NCBI GenBank assembly: GCA_016748015.1
Contig: JAAOMT010000647.1
Span: 308,668 to 372,667, forward strand
Source of the DNA: Geosiphon pyriformis uo1
Taxonomy: Eukaryota > Fungi > Glomeromycota
DNA length: 64,000 bases
Direction of reading: 5' to 3'
A program made the translations under genes and the position numbers. Shown one piece after another: positions 53,009 to 64,000 of this stretch (within the stretch, counting starts at the first letter, position 1; each line of letters starts with the position of its first letter). Below the pieces are notes generated by a model. It did no database searches, was not told where the DNA came from, and saw only the letters and a program-made list of their open reading frames with translations.

Positions 53009-54318
53009 TATATTTCTCAAATTTGGCTAAATAATTTTGGCAAAGCCGTGGATTTGGGTTAAAAACCTTCTTTATCTTTTTTTGTTCTTTAGCTAGTTTA
53101 TTTACGAAACATATTATAAAATGAGATTTTTATTTGCGAATAAAAAAAAACTTTTATATTATGTTTAGGGGTCAGAATTATTATCATCATTGCGAATGGT
53201 GAATAACGTCATTTTCCTTTGACGGATAGATTACATCATTTCGGATGGGTTTATTTAATGTGGCCGATAGTTATACATCGTTCCGGATGGGTTTACGTCA
53301 TACTAGATGAAAAAAAACATAGTTTTACATCATTTCGGATGGAAGATTTACATCATATCAGATGGGTAGATTTACATCATATCAGATGGGTTAATTAACG
53401 TCATCTTCCATCGACGGATAGTTTTATGTCTTCCCGGACAGATAATCTATATTTGATTTGCCCCACACAGGGTTTGAACCCTGTGTGTGAGGGTTTAATC
53501 GAATATTTGAGTGCCGCGCTTTCCTTCCTAAGACAATTTGCCTTAACTAATTTTTATGTCAAAAACCTTCCCTATAACCTGAAATTTTGAGTATTACTGG
53601 TTAGGACCAATAAGATCTTGCTTCTAATTAAAACTTAAAACAGAAAGAAGGAATGTCAAAAAATGAATAATCTTTCTAATATATTTTAGAAAATAACATA
53701 GCTTTGAGCGTGTTTATATTTTGTGTTTATCTAAAATGACTTTTTAGACATAAATTTTATACAATGAAAATATATTAAATACTCAATTCGTAGGAAATAT
53801 TTAAAAGTTCAGAAAATTTTAGAACATTAATTTGTGAAAGTATTTATTTTCGTTTCCATCATTCACTTTAAGATTTTTAATTCAGAAAAACAATTTAAAA
53901 TTAAATTTCATAGCTCATCTTCAATTACCCGTTTAAAAGAATTGACAAAGTTATTTCACAATTTTTTTAAACTCTAATTTCTAAGGCAACTGATATTATC
54001 AATGCTGAATAAATTCTCTTTATAATTTGTTGCTTAATTCTTTAATGCAAAGTTCTTTGAGATTTGGGATTTGGGATTGATCCGAGTAAACGTTTGCCCT
54101 ATTATCAAAATAATTATACTATTTTTCACGTTATTTCAATTGCCAGATATTAATCTCGCGAATTTAGTAAACAAACCTCCTACATTGCATGATTATCATG
54201 ATCATCTCTAACTTATCACCAATTTATGATTTACCAACTACACTATACAGTCTCCAATTTAAGGCCTCCTGCCTCTTTTACTCATACCATATTTTGCATT
54301 ATAATCTGAAAGTTCTAC
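53009..54318 (-). repeat. Right arm of a long inverted repeat (copy B)
   Basis: Near-identical to copy A over 47700-48410. More diverged, with indels, over the outer part (53750-54318). Confidence 0.93.
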
Positions 54319-55320
54319 CTTTTGAAGAGATAGACAATTTATCTTTCGCATTTCATATATAAGTCGTGACCGCCTGTTTTGACAACTTATTGCATCTGAA
54401 GACGATCCAGCCAGAAATTTTACACCATTCATGGAAGCTGATTACAAATTCATTAGAAAGGTAATGTTTTTTAAAAAGAAATAGTTTAGTTACCAGAAAA
54501 GTACATCCATTCTAGTAAGTCTACAGCCATTTATTGGGTTAAAAGCTGGGAGAAACCAACCAACCAACCAATATTAAAAGTTCGCAGTTTCTTGGGTGAA
54601 AAAAATTGTTCTATTCTGTTTAAAATTCAAATAAAAAAGAATTTTTAATTACCTATGTATCAAGTTATGATGTGGTGTACTATATGAGCGGGTATCGTCC
54701 TCTGCTATATGACATCCGTCCTACTATATTATTACAGTCGTAAGATGAATGTACTCAATCCGTTAGATTAAGCATGGAAATCTAATGGAAAGAGCACGAA
54801 AAATAATAAAAGCTGAGAATGAGCATCAAATTTCTGATCTAAAGTCAATACTGAACCGATCATAAAATATTTGTTTGGTTTTATAAAAAGTAAAATTCTA
54901 ATTCATAAACATTTTGAATGTGTACTAAAAATTATTGAATAAAAATCTAATGTTGTATGTTATAATAAACATTATTATGATGTTATTTGGCCCTATCAAT
55001 CCATTACTATAATATGATTTTCATTAAAGAAAATTCATATGTAAATATTTTAAAATAATTAATGTCTTAAGTTTTTTTTTGACAAACAAAATATTAAATT
55101 TGTTTACTTTTTACAACTTTTTAATATTATAATATCCTTATTTAAAAACACATATTCATATATTATTATTATTTTATTATTATTAGTTTTTTAAGTCTGT
55201 GTTCTTTTTTTTTTAATTTAAGACTTTGGAAGATTGCATTTTATATAACAATAGCTTTGACTAATTTCTTTCAAAATAATTAAATTTTCTAATAGCTATA
55301 CAAATATAATTCAAAGAAAC

Positions 55321-55980
55321 GGATAGTCTTACGTCATATTGGACGGGATAGTTTCACATCGTTCCGGATGGGTTTACGTCATACTGGATGAAAAAAAAAC
55401 ATAGTTTTACATCATTTCGGATGGAAGATTTACATCATATCAGATGGGTAGATTTACATCATATCAGATGGGTTAATTAACGTCATCTTCCATCGACGGA
55501 TAGTTTTATGTCTTCCCGGACAGATAATCTATATTTGATTTGCCCCACAGAGGGTTTGAACCCTGTGTGTGAGGGTTTAATCGAATATTTGAGTGCCGCG
55601 TTTTCCTTCCTAAGACAATTTGCCTTAACTAATTTTTATGTCAAAAACCTTCCCTATAACCTGAAACTTTGAGCATTACTGGTTAGGACCAATAAGATCT
55701 TGCTTATAATTAAAACTTAAAACAGAAAGAAGGAATGTCAAAAAATGAATAATCTTTCTAATATATTTTAGAAAATAACATAGCTTTGAGTGTGTTTATA
55801 TTTTGTGTCTATTTAAAATGACTTTTTAGATCATTCATTTTAATTCAAAAAAAATTAAATTTAAGTTTTATAGCTCATCCTCAATTACTCGTTTCACAAT
55901 TTTTATAATGTGTTGCTTAATTCTTTAATATAAAGTTCTCTGAGATTTGGGATTTGGGATTGATCCGAGTAAACGTTTGC
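55321..55980 (-). repeat. Third, partial copy of the same repeat (copy C), same orientation as B
   Basis: Reverse complement of ~47526-48160, including the 47600-47690 segment that differs in copy B. Confidence 0.92.
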
Positions 55981-57600
55981 TTCTATTTTGGCTGCCTGTA
56001 TATAGTATTGACTAGCCATGAGAAAACTCGGTACTGTTCCAATTTCCTGTTCATATGCTATCCTGAGAAGAACTTGTCCCAATTGATGTCCATGGTTAGT
56101 AATCCTTTGATAGTGTATTAGAGGCCATAGTAGTGCCTGACTCCATAGTATAAGCAACAGCTAAAGATACCTCTGCTAATATATCTTCTTAATTGGCACC
56201 TAATGTATAAGATTTAAAAGCTTCTGTTACACTGGCACCAATTTCATACTCATAGAAAAGACCAAAAAGAAAAGTATATTGAGAAAGATTTTTGATATTG
56301 GCTTTCAAAATATTAAAAATATATTCTGGAGCAACATGATTTGCTCTTAAATAATCTGTAATTCTTTGACTCATTTGTCAATCAGGGAGGATGGTATTCA
56401 CAGCCTTGTTTACAATTTTCAAAGTATGATTAATTAACGTCTTCTTTCTTGAATTGTTGATATAAGATTCAGTAGTGTTTGGAAAGCTATAAATATTAGT
56501 TGAATAGTTTGGCGCAGAGTTGTTTGCAAGATAATTATTTGTGGAATGATTTGGCATAAAGGTGTTTGAGAGACTGTAGTTATTCATAGAATGAATTGGT
56601 GCAGAGTTGTTTGGAAGAAGATAACTATTTGTGGAATAAATTGGTGCAGAGGTGTTTGAGAGGCCATGACTAGTTGTGGAGTGAATTGGTGCAAAGCTGT
56701 TGGAAGAGGGATTGGTTGACAAATTAATTGGTACAAAAGTGTTTGAAGAGTAGGAGTAAATTGGCACAGAGATGTTTGGAGGGGGATGATTAGTCATTAA
56801 ATGAGTTGGTAGCGATGTGTTTAACAATGGATAATTATTAGTTGAATGGTTTAGTGCAAAGGGATGATTAGTTATTACATCAATTGGCAGATGGTTTGGC
56901 AATAAATAACTATTAATTGAATGGTTTGGTGCAGAGGTGTTGGAAGAGGGATAACTAGTCGGGAAATGAATTGGTACAGAGATGTTTGGAGGGGAATAAG
57001 TAATCGTTAAATAAATTGATGCAGAGGGGTTTGAAGAGGGATAATTATTAGTTGAATGGTCTGATGCAGAGTTATTTGAAAGAAGATTACTAGTTATTGT
57101 ATGAGTTGATTCAGAGGTGTTTGGGAAAGGATAATTATTTGTGGAATAAATTGGTCTAAAGTTATTGGGAGAAAGATAACTATTAGTGAGATGAGTTGGT
57201 GCAGAGATGTTTGAAGAGGGATAATTTGTTGTGGGATCAATTGGTGCGGAATTATTTGGAGAAGTGTAACTAGTGATGGGATAAATTGGTTCAGTAATAT
57301 TAGAACTATTGTTGTTAATGGTGGAATAAATTGGGTCAATATTGCTAAAACTATTACTATTATTGTTGTTGTTGCTGCTGTTTTTGTTATCATCATCGTT
57401 AATATTTAAAGAAAAAAAATTTAAAAAAAATTTAACTCCATTGTTTTATCAGTTGTGCTTGTGGGAGTTTCCGTCCATTCAATTTTTAAAAGCCTTTGGG
57501 ATACTTCTTTAATATCTGGATGCTTGGTTGGTTCGCCATTCCAACATTCTGTATAGAGTTTTGCACATTTCTCTGGTGTTCTGAAAATTGATGTTTCTTA
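55981..57600 (-). pseudogene. Relic of a TKL-type kinase + tandem-repeat linker + Sel1-repeat gene
   Basis: Kinase C-terminus ETSIFRTPEKCAKLYTECWNGEPTKHPDIKEV (57490-57598). Sel1-like LFGLFYEYEIG...AFKSYTLGA and GHQLGQVLLRIAYEQEIGT...ASQYYIQAA. Stops at 56378 and 56189 plus a frameshift. The rest of the kinase is missing. Confidence 0.8.
56480..57340 (-). repeat. Coding tandem repeat of ~60 bp / 20 aa (NNYPLPNTSAPIHST-like)
   Basis: Recurrent tgaattggtgcagagxtgtttgxaagagggataattatt units at ~60-bp period, in an open frame. Confidence 0.85.
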
Positions 57601-58439
57601 TTTACTGTGAGTTTTAAACAACAGATTATATATCTTTTAAAATTAATTTAAAACAATATTTAATAATTAATCTGTTTATAATACAAAAATTATATATGTA
57701 TTACAAAAAATTTAATTAGTTATTAATTATTATAATATTCATAATATTAAACAATAAAACATTAAAACAATTATAAATTATTATAGTTCTAAAACAGTCA
57801 TATTTTTATTTAGCATAAAAGTTCTTTTTTGATTAAAACATATAAAATATTCTTTTTACGTTTTATAAATATTAAATAAAAAACTATTTCGATGCTTTAT
57901 TTATACTAAAAAACAAATAATAATAAAAAATAAAATTGAAATATATTTTGTTATCAATTCACAAAAAACTATAATAAAAACACAAAAAATTGGCAGTAAA
58001 ATAAATAAGTATATGCTTAAATACATAACTGCTAAAATACTTTTTTTTTAATATGCTAAAAAAAGTTTTGTTTTATTATAAAAATTTGTTATATAAAAAA
58101 ACAACTCAAATATTATGAAAGACTTGGTAAAATTATAGAAAATATAAAGCTTTTAAAAAAAACAACTTCAAAAATTCAGATGAAAATTTTAAGCATTAAA
58201 TATTTAAATATTTAAGAATTTTGATTGTTCTAAAACGAATTAAAACACTTTTATAAAAGTATGGTTTCTTAAATCCAAAATAAATATTGTTACAGTTATT
58301 ATATATTTTATTAAGCAAAATTTTTATTAAATGGTTTTATTTTACTAAAACTTAATTCTTTTAGCAAAAATAATGTTATAAGTAAAACTTTTAATTTTCA
58401 ATTATCCTATTTATCAAGCCAAAGTTATTTTACATATAT

Positions 58440-58970
58440 TAATTATTGATTTAGTTATTGACTTAATTATTAACCAAATTATTAACCAAATTATTAATCT
58501 TTTTTTTAAAAATATATAAGCAAAATTTTTTAAAGTTGTAAAAATTTAATTCAGACAAAAATTTACATTTAAAATAATTTATTTAAAACAAAAATTAATA
58601 TATAATATTAATTCTTTTATTTTCTTTTACTTTTTTTTGATTTGCATAATTATTTGTTTTTGTAAAGTATATTGAATAAACATTTACTAAAAAATACAAC
58701 TAATACTTAATATTAAATTCTAAGAACAGTAATATAAATCATAGAATTACATTAGTGTATATTTTTTTGTTAATAGTATAGACTATCTTTTTATCTTCAG
58801 ATTTTTTTATTATCTTTTAAAAAATAATAACTGAGATATTTATAAAATTAATTTCACACATTAAATTTTTACTAATTCAATTCACTTATTAAAGTTAAAT
58901 TATTTTTTAATTATTTTTATTATTATATAATATTGTTTTCTTTTGCTATCTATTAACATATTATATCTAA
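58440..58970 (+). repeat. Degenerate dispersed repeat, possibly a solo LTR, also at 41690-42170 and partially at 23960-24100
   Basis: Colinear shared blocks such as aaaaatatataa..aaaa.tttt.aaa...taaaaattt, aaacaaaaattaatatataatattaatt and cttattaaagttaaattatttt. Confidence 0.65.
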
Positions 58971-59211
58971 TATTATCTTTAAATTTATGAAAGTCTTTAA
59001 TAAAACAGTATTTAAGATTAGCACTTTACATAAAAATTATATCTGGTAAAAAACTTTTGGATGTTAATATTATTACAAGTATTAAAGTTTAGATTATTTG
59101 GCTTCTGTTTGTAAAGCTGTTATTGCTGTTTTTTTAACAAAATTTTAAGTTTTCTATTGTATTTAAGATTTTTGTTAATTAACTTATTGATTTGATGTCT
59201 TATGTTAAAGT

Positions 59212-59556
59212 TAGAGCTCCAAAAGAGTCAAGTTAACTCTCTTTGACTCAGTATCTGACTCATAAGAGTCAAGTTTGAATTATAAATATTCTGACTCGAC
59301 TCACCGAGTCTTATATATAAGTAGATAAAATCTCAATTTAGCTTTTTTTAACTTGAACAATAACAGATGATCAGTTATTATTATTCTATTGGTCGAGAGT
59401 AAAAATTTTACCAATAAAATTTCTACACCTGACAAATAACAAGTCGAATTGGGTTATAGGCTACTAAACTCGACTCGATTTCTTAAAATGAAAATTTTCT
59501 GACTTTAATTTAAGTCAGACCAAGATTCAACCCGATTCGACTTGTAAGGAGCCCTA
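59212..59556. mobile_element. hAT-type MITE (345 bp)
   Basis: Termini TAGAGCTCC...GGAGCCCTA (imperfect TIR). 8-bp TSD gttaaagt (59204-59211) / attaaagt (59557-59564). Many internal GACTC/GAGTC subterminal motifs. Confidence 0.8.
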
Positions 59557-62209
59557 ATTAAAGTTGTTGCTCTTTTAAAATTACACAATACTTTTTTGCT
59601 AATAATTAGATTAATGCTAATTTTAGTCCAGTCGAATTCTGTTATAAATATTGAAGCCAAATTTGCTTCAAATTAAGAGTAATTTATTTCTTTATTATTG
59701 AATTTCTAAAAAAATATTAGTTTTTAATTATTTTATGTTTTTAACTTTTTATTTGAATTGTTAATTTTGTAATTATTTAATTATTATCAAATAATTAATA
59801 AAATATACTGAATTAAAATTACTTTACTTTATTTAACTTTTGTAAAGAATCTGCACTTATATTTATGTATATATAAATATTTTTGTATAATAAATAATGT
59901 TAATCTATCAATTGATTCTACAGCTCAGTGATCGTTATTTTGGGCTCGATAGGTTTGGAATTATCTTAAAATAACTTTTTTTACCTTCACTCAAAATAAG
60001 AAATTGATTGTAAATTTCTTAAAGATGAGTTGTAATGAAAAGATAATCGTTTTTGCTCAGCAGATAATACAATTGAACTAGATTAAACATGATTTCAAGT
60101 TTCTGTTATAATCAAATAAAAATAAAAATATAATATTTGAAACTACCATAAGTTTTTTAATGAATCCATTGTAGCCTTATTTGATAAAAACAAAATACAA
60201 AATTGTGCTTTTTTAAATATTAATTGAGATTTGTGAGCCAAGAGTTTTCGAAGGCTCTGGTTTTTAATAATATTGAAAGCAGGTTTGTATCTTTTTTTAA
60301 AAAAAAATCCGAGTTGTTAACTTCTACTTACCTTTTCAATATTCTTTATTCCCAATTTAATAAGAGAATCTAAATTTTTTTATACCCAAACCAATGGTAC
60401 TTAATTACTCTTTTCTCTCTTTTTAACCTTTCCCTTTTCTCTTATATAAGCAAAATAAAATTCTGAAATTTTATTTATTTATTTATTGAATATAAAATTT
60501 TTCATATGTATATTTTTTTCATTCATTCTCCTTCTTCTTTAAATTTTACTTCTTTCTTTTTAAATAAAATTTAGAATAATTCTTTTATCTAATAATCAAA
60601 AGCAAAAATGTCACATCTTTAAAAAAATTATTAGAACCAATATATCATTGAATATGACTGGTAATTAATTGTGTTCTAATTTCAAGAGTGAAATAAAGTG
60701 TTATTAACATATTATTGTTTTGCCTATTTCACTTTTAAAACATTTCTTTTTAAACAGAATAAAAATTTTTTGGCTTTAATGTTTTTTATTGCTGTTCAAA
60801 TTTTAAACAAGTTTGGACTTATTTTACAGATTGAACATTTTTATTGATAATTTAACAATATACAAATTAATAAACATTAAGAATAGAATTTGAATAAAAA
60901 TAATAATTAATATTGAACATGAATAGTAATAATTTAGCAATTATTTTTTTTTATATAAAAAATAAAATGTGTAATAATAAAATTTAAATTTGATATGAAA
61001 AATACATTAATATATATATAATATTTTTTTTTGTAATTAACAAATAAAAATTCTATTAATTATATTATTAAAAAAAAAAATATTTTTTAATATATTAATA
61101 AAATTTTATACTTGAATTTCTATTTAAACAATATTCAAATGCTAATCAAGATTTTGTTATACTTAAAAAAATTTTGACTTATAATAAAAAATTTTAAAGT
61201 AATTTTCCAATTTTCCAAGCTTTTTTTAGAAAACAAATAAAAACTTTTTAAAAAACTTTAAACTTTACAAAATTATAAACATTTTATTAAAAAAATTACA
61301 ATTAACAAATAACATAATATGCATCTATTAATTTAATAACATTATCAATATTTGTATAAAATTCAAGTGGCTTTTGTTCAAAATATATTTTAAATTATTA
61401 ATATTTTAACTTCTTATCTCACGATTTCAGTAGCTTATTGAAAAGTCATAATTTCTAATGTTAGAATTTTTACAAATTTTAGCAGCAAGATCTCATATTT
61501 TGCCAGTGATCCGGTTAAAGACAAAATGATGCTATTTTTTCCGCTAAAACCGACATCTTTTTGGTGGCTCATATGTTTCTTTGCATGGAATATTTTATAT
61601 ACACTATTCAATTTTTCGCTTTTTTTTTTAGATCTATTTAAATTGATCAAATTTATATGAACATTTTTTACAATTGCATCATTAATTTAGTTCCTGTATT
61701 ATGAATCATAATATTGCCTAAAACATTTGCAAAACATATTTTTTATAAAAAAAACGTTCAATTAAAAAAATTAAAACATGGGGGCATAATTTATTATTGA
61801 ATGAAACTTATAGCATTAATCAAAAAATTATTGTAAAAAACGATAAAGTTATTAATAATCAATAATCAATTTTAAAAATCTATAAATATTTTTTATAAAA
61901 CAAAAATGGTATTTATTTTACACAAATAATAAATTTAATCTGTTCAAATATTAATAATTGAAGTAAATTAATAATCTCCCGATTAAATTAAAAAATTTCG
62001 AAGATTCCCTTTATAAAAAAGTTCTATCAATTCTTTAGAAGATACGTTGACCACAGATCAACTTCAAAAATCTCATTCTAAATTAGCTCCCAATTTTATT
62101 TTCATTTTTTAACCATTTATTTTTTTATTAAAAAAATATATATGAAAGTGGTCTCAACTAAAACTCTTATCTAGAAGGCGTTGGTAATTCTGGATATTCT
62201 TTTTCTTCT

Positions 62210-64000
62210 TGCTTATACTTTAGTTTGTTTTGTTGAAGTGAGTTGAACTGGAAAAACATTTATATGATCATTGTTCATAAATTTTTATTCATCCTTTTGG
62301 CAGTTAAGAGTACTTCAGCCTATATATTAAAGGTAATTTTTTTTAATAGTGAAACATTATAAATATTAATACTTATTAATACTTACCTCAAAATTCATCA
62401 ATTGAATTATATCTTTAGCAAATGTTTCAAAATCTTCAAAACAAACCGGTAACTTCATAGAAAGAAATTCATCAAGTAAGTAAATTGATAGAAGTGGTCG
62501 GATTAAGTATTTGATATTAATGTAGCCATCTATAATCAAAAAATATATAAATGTAAGTAAAAATATTATTATTTGATTATTTGATTAATAATAATTTTAA
62601 TACTTACTAACTAATTGTATCAAATAAATCTTTGCTTGTTCTTTAGGAATGGTCTTTAAAATTCTCATCGCATTTCTGGATAATTTAATAGAATCTTCCT
62701 TTTCTTTTCTTGCTGTTGTTTTTCTTTCTTTAGAAAATTCAAACAGAATAATTACTTGATTATTTTTTTTGTTTTTATTAATTTTAATATTTCATCAAAT
62801 TTGTGTTTTCTTGTATTTGATGTCATTAACTCAATCCTAAATAAAATACAAATAAATAAATAAACATTAATTTAAATTTTAAATTTTAAAATTACCATCC
62901 AATATCCAAAAGATCTATATGCATACGAAATAAACGTGTCATCATATAGATAATCATATCAAACGCAAACGTATACTTCAAATTATAATACTCCGCTTCA
63001 TAGGCTCTGGGAGCTTCTAATCGAACCGAACTAAAAAAATAAATTAAAAATAAGTTAAAAACGAAATTAAAAATAATTTAAAAAATAAATATATATATAA
63101 TACATATCAATGAATAAAAATTTGTTGAGCTATATCATGATCTTCATAAAAGTGAGATCAAATCTCTCACTTATAAATGATTTGCGAACAAGAGTGGGAA
63201 TTTGGCTTCTATTACTCGTTGCTTCAGTAAATTGATCAATATATTGTTGAAATTCGTCCGTTTGACTCCATACTTGTCTTTTGAGTATATCACTTAACCA
63301 ATAATTTTGTTCAAGTTCAAAATTTAAATTTTTTTATTTTATTTCTCCATTAGAAATATCAATAATACCATTATGAATTATTGATGACATTAAGGTTTTT
63401 TCCTGAGTTTTTTCTTTTTGTTGATATTCTTTCAAGATTTCAAATAATTTTTTTTGTGTTATTTTTTCATTCTAAAAATTTAAAATATAATTAATATTTA
63501 TTATATAGAAATATAATATCAAATATTAAAATACTTTACCTGTGGAAGTGTTTCGATTTCTTCGTTATCTTGTTCGATATTAATTTCTTCAATATCGCTT
63601 TCATCTGACTCATAATTTTCACTTTCGTTCTTAGTATTACTTTTTTTCGATATAATAATAAAAATATTTTAATTTATTATTATTTCTTTATTAATTTAAA
63701 AATTACGTTACTAACTTTTTTAGTTTTTTTAAAGGAGACTGAACCCGGATCTAAAGTAGAATCAAAAATACGTTTTTCGGATAATGTTGAAACTGAACCA
63801 GAAACTAAGGTTGGTTTAAAAATACAGATTATAGCTTTCATCATTAATGCATAATTTCCTAAATTTCAAACTTGCCTTGAATTATTTCACAATAGATTTT
63901 AATCTTTTTAAATTTGATGTACCATTCACCTAAATTAAATGCCACAAGTTTCATCTCATTTCTGATAAGAGAGTTTTCTGAATTGAGAAAATTTTCAAAA
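62210..64000 (-). pseudogene. Multi-exon hypothetical gene, probably disrupted; 5' end outside the window
   Basis: GT-AG bounded exons translating SIIHNGIIDIS, FAFDMIIYMMTRLFRMHIDLLDIGW|IELMTSNTRKHKFDEI...ILFEFS...EDSIKLSRNAMRIL and YLLDEFLSMKLPVCFEDF. Frameshift and stops in the 63100-63470 exon. Confidence 0.55.

Noticed and set aside
54330-54800. Possible kinase fragment (GLEYIH-like) next to repeat B
   Set aside because: Requires a frameshift, and no other kinase motifs are readable.

Overview
This is AT-rich, intron-rich eukaryotic DNA. The gene families present (Lipase_3-like paralogues, a kinase-Sel1 relic, LINEs carrying RNase H) point to a Glomeromycotina fungus, possibly Geosiphon-like; this is an inference. 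Housekeeping islands hold CFT2/CPSF2, a KEN/D-box protein, a LAM GRAM-VASt sterol transporter, an HMG-box protein, NBP35 and HPM1. They alternate with blocks of extremely AT-rich, transition-mutated transposon relics. The main observations are: (1) a full-length LINE disabled by dense G>A/C>T transitions next to a well-preserved nested fragment of the same family; (2) a head-to-head pair of Lipase_3-like genes that both lack the catalytic serine; (3) a ~7 kb structure bounded by ~1.1-1.3 kb inverted repeats carrying arrays of palindromic CATC-N6-GATG motifs, with a third partial copy, sitting 6 bp upstream of a decaying ankyrin gene; (4) a candidate Acm1/Mes1-like APC/C inhibitor with an MCB site; (5) a likely U12-type intron in HPM1; (6) an hAT-type MITE with an 8-bp TSD. 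Exon boundaries were read by eye and are approximate where noted.
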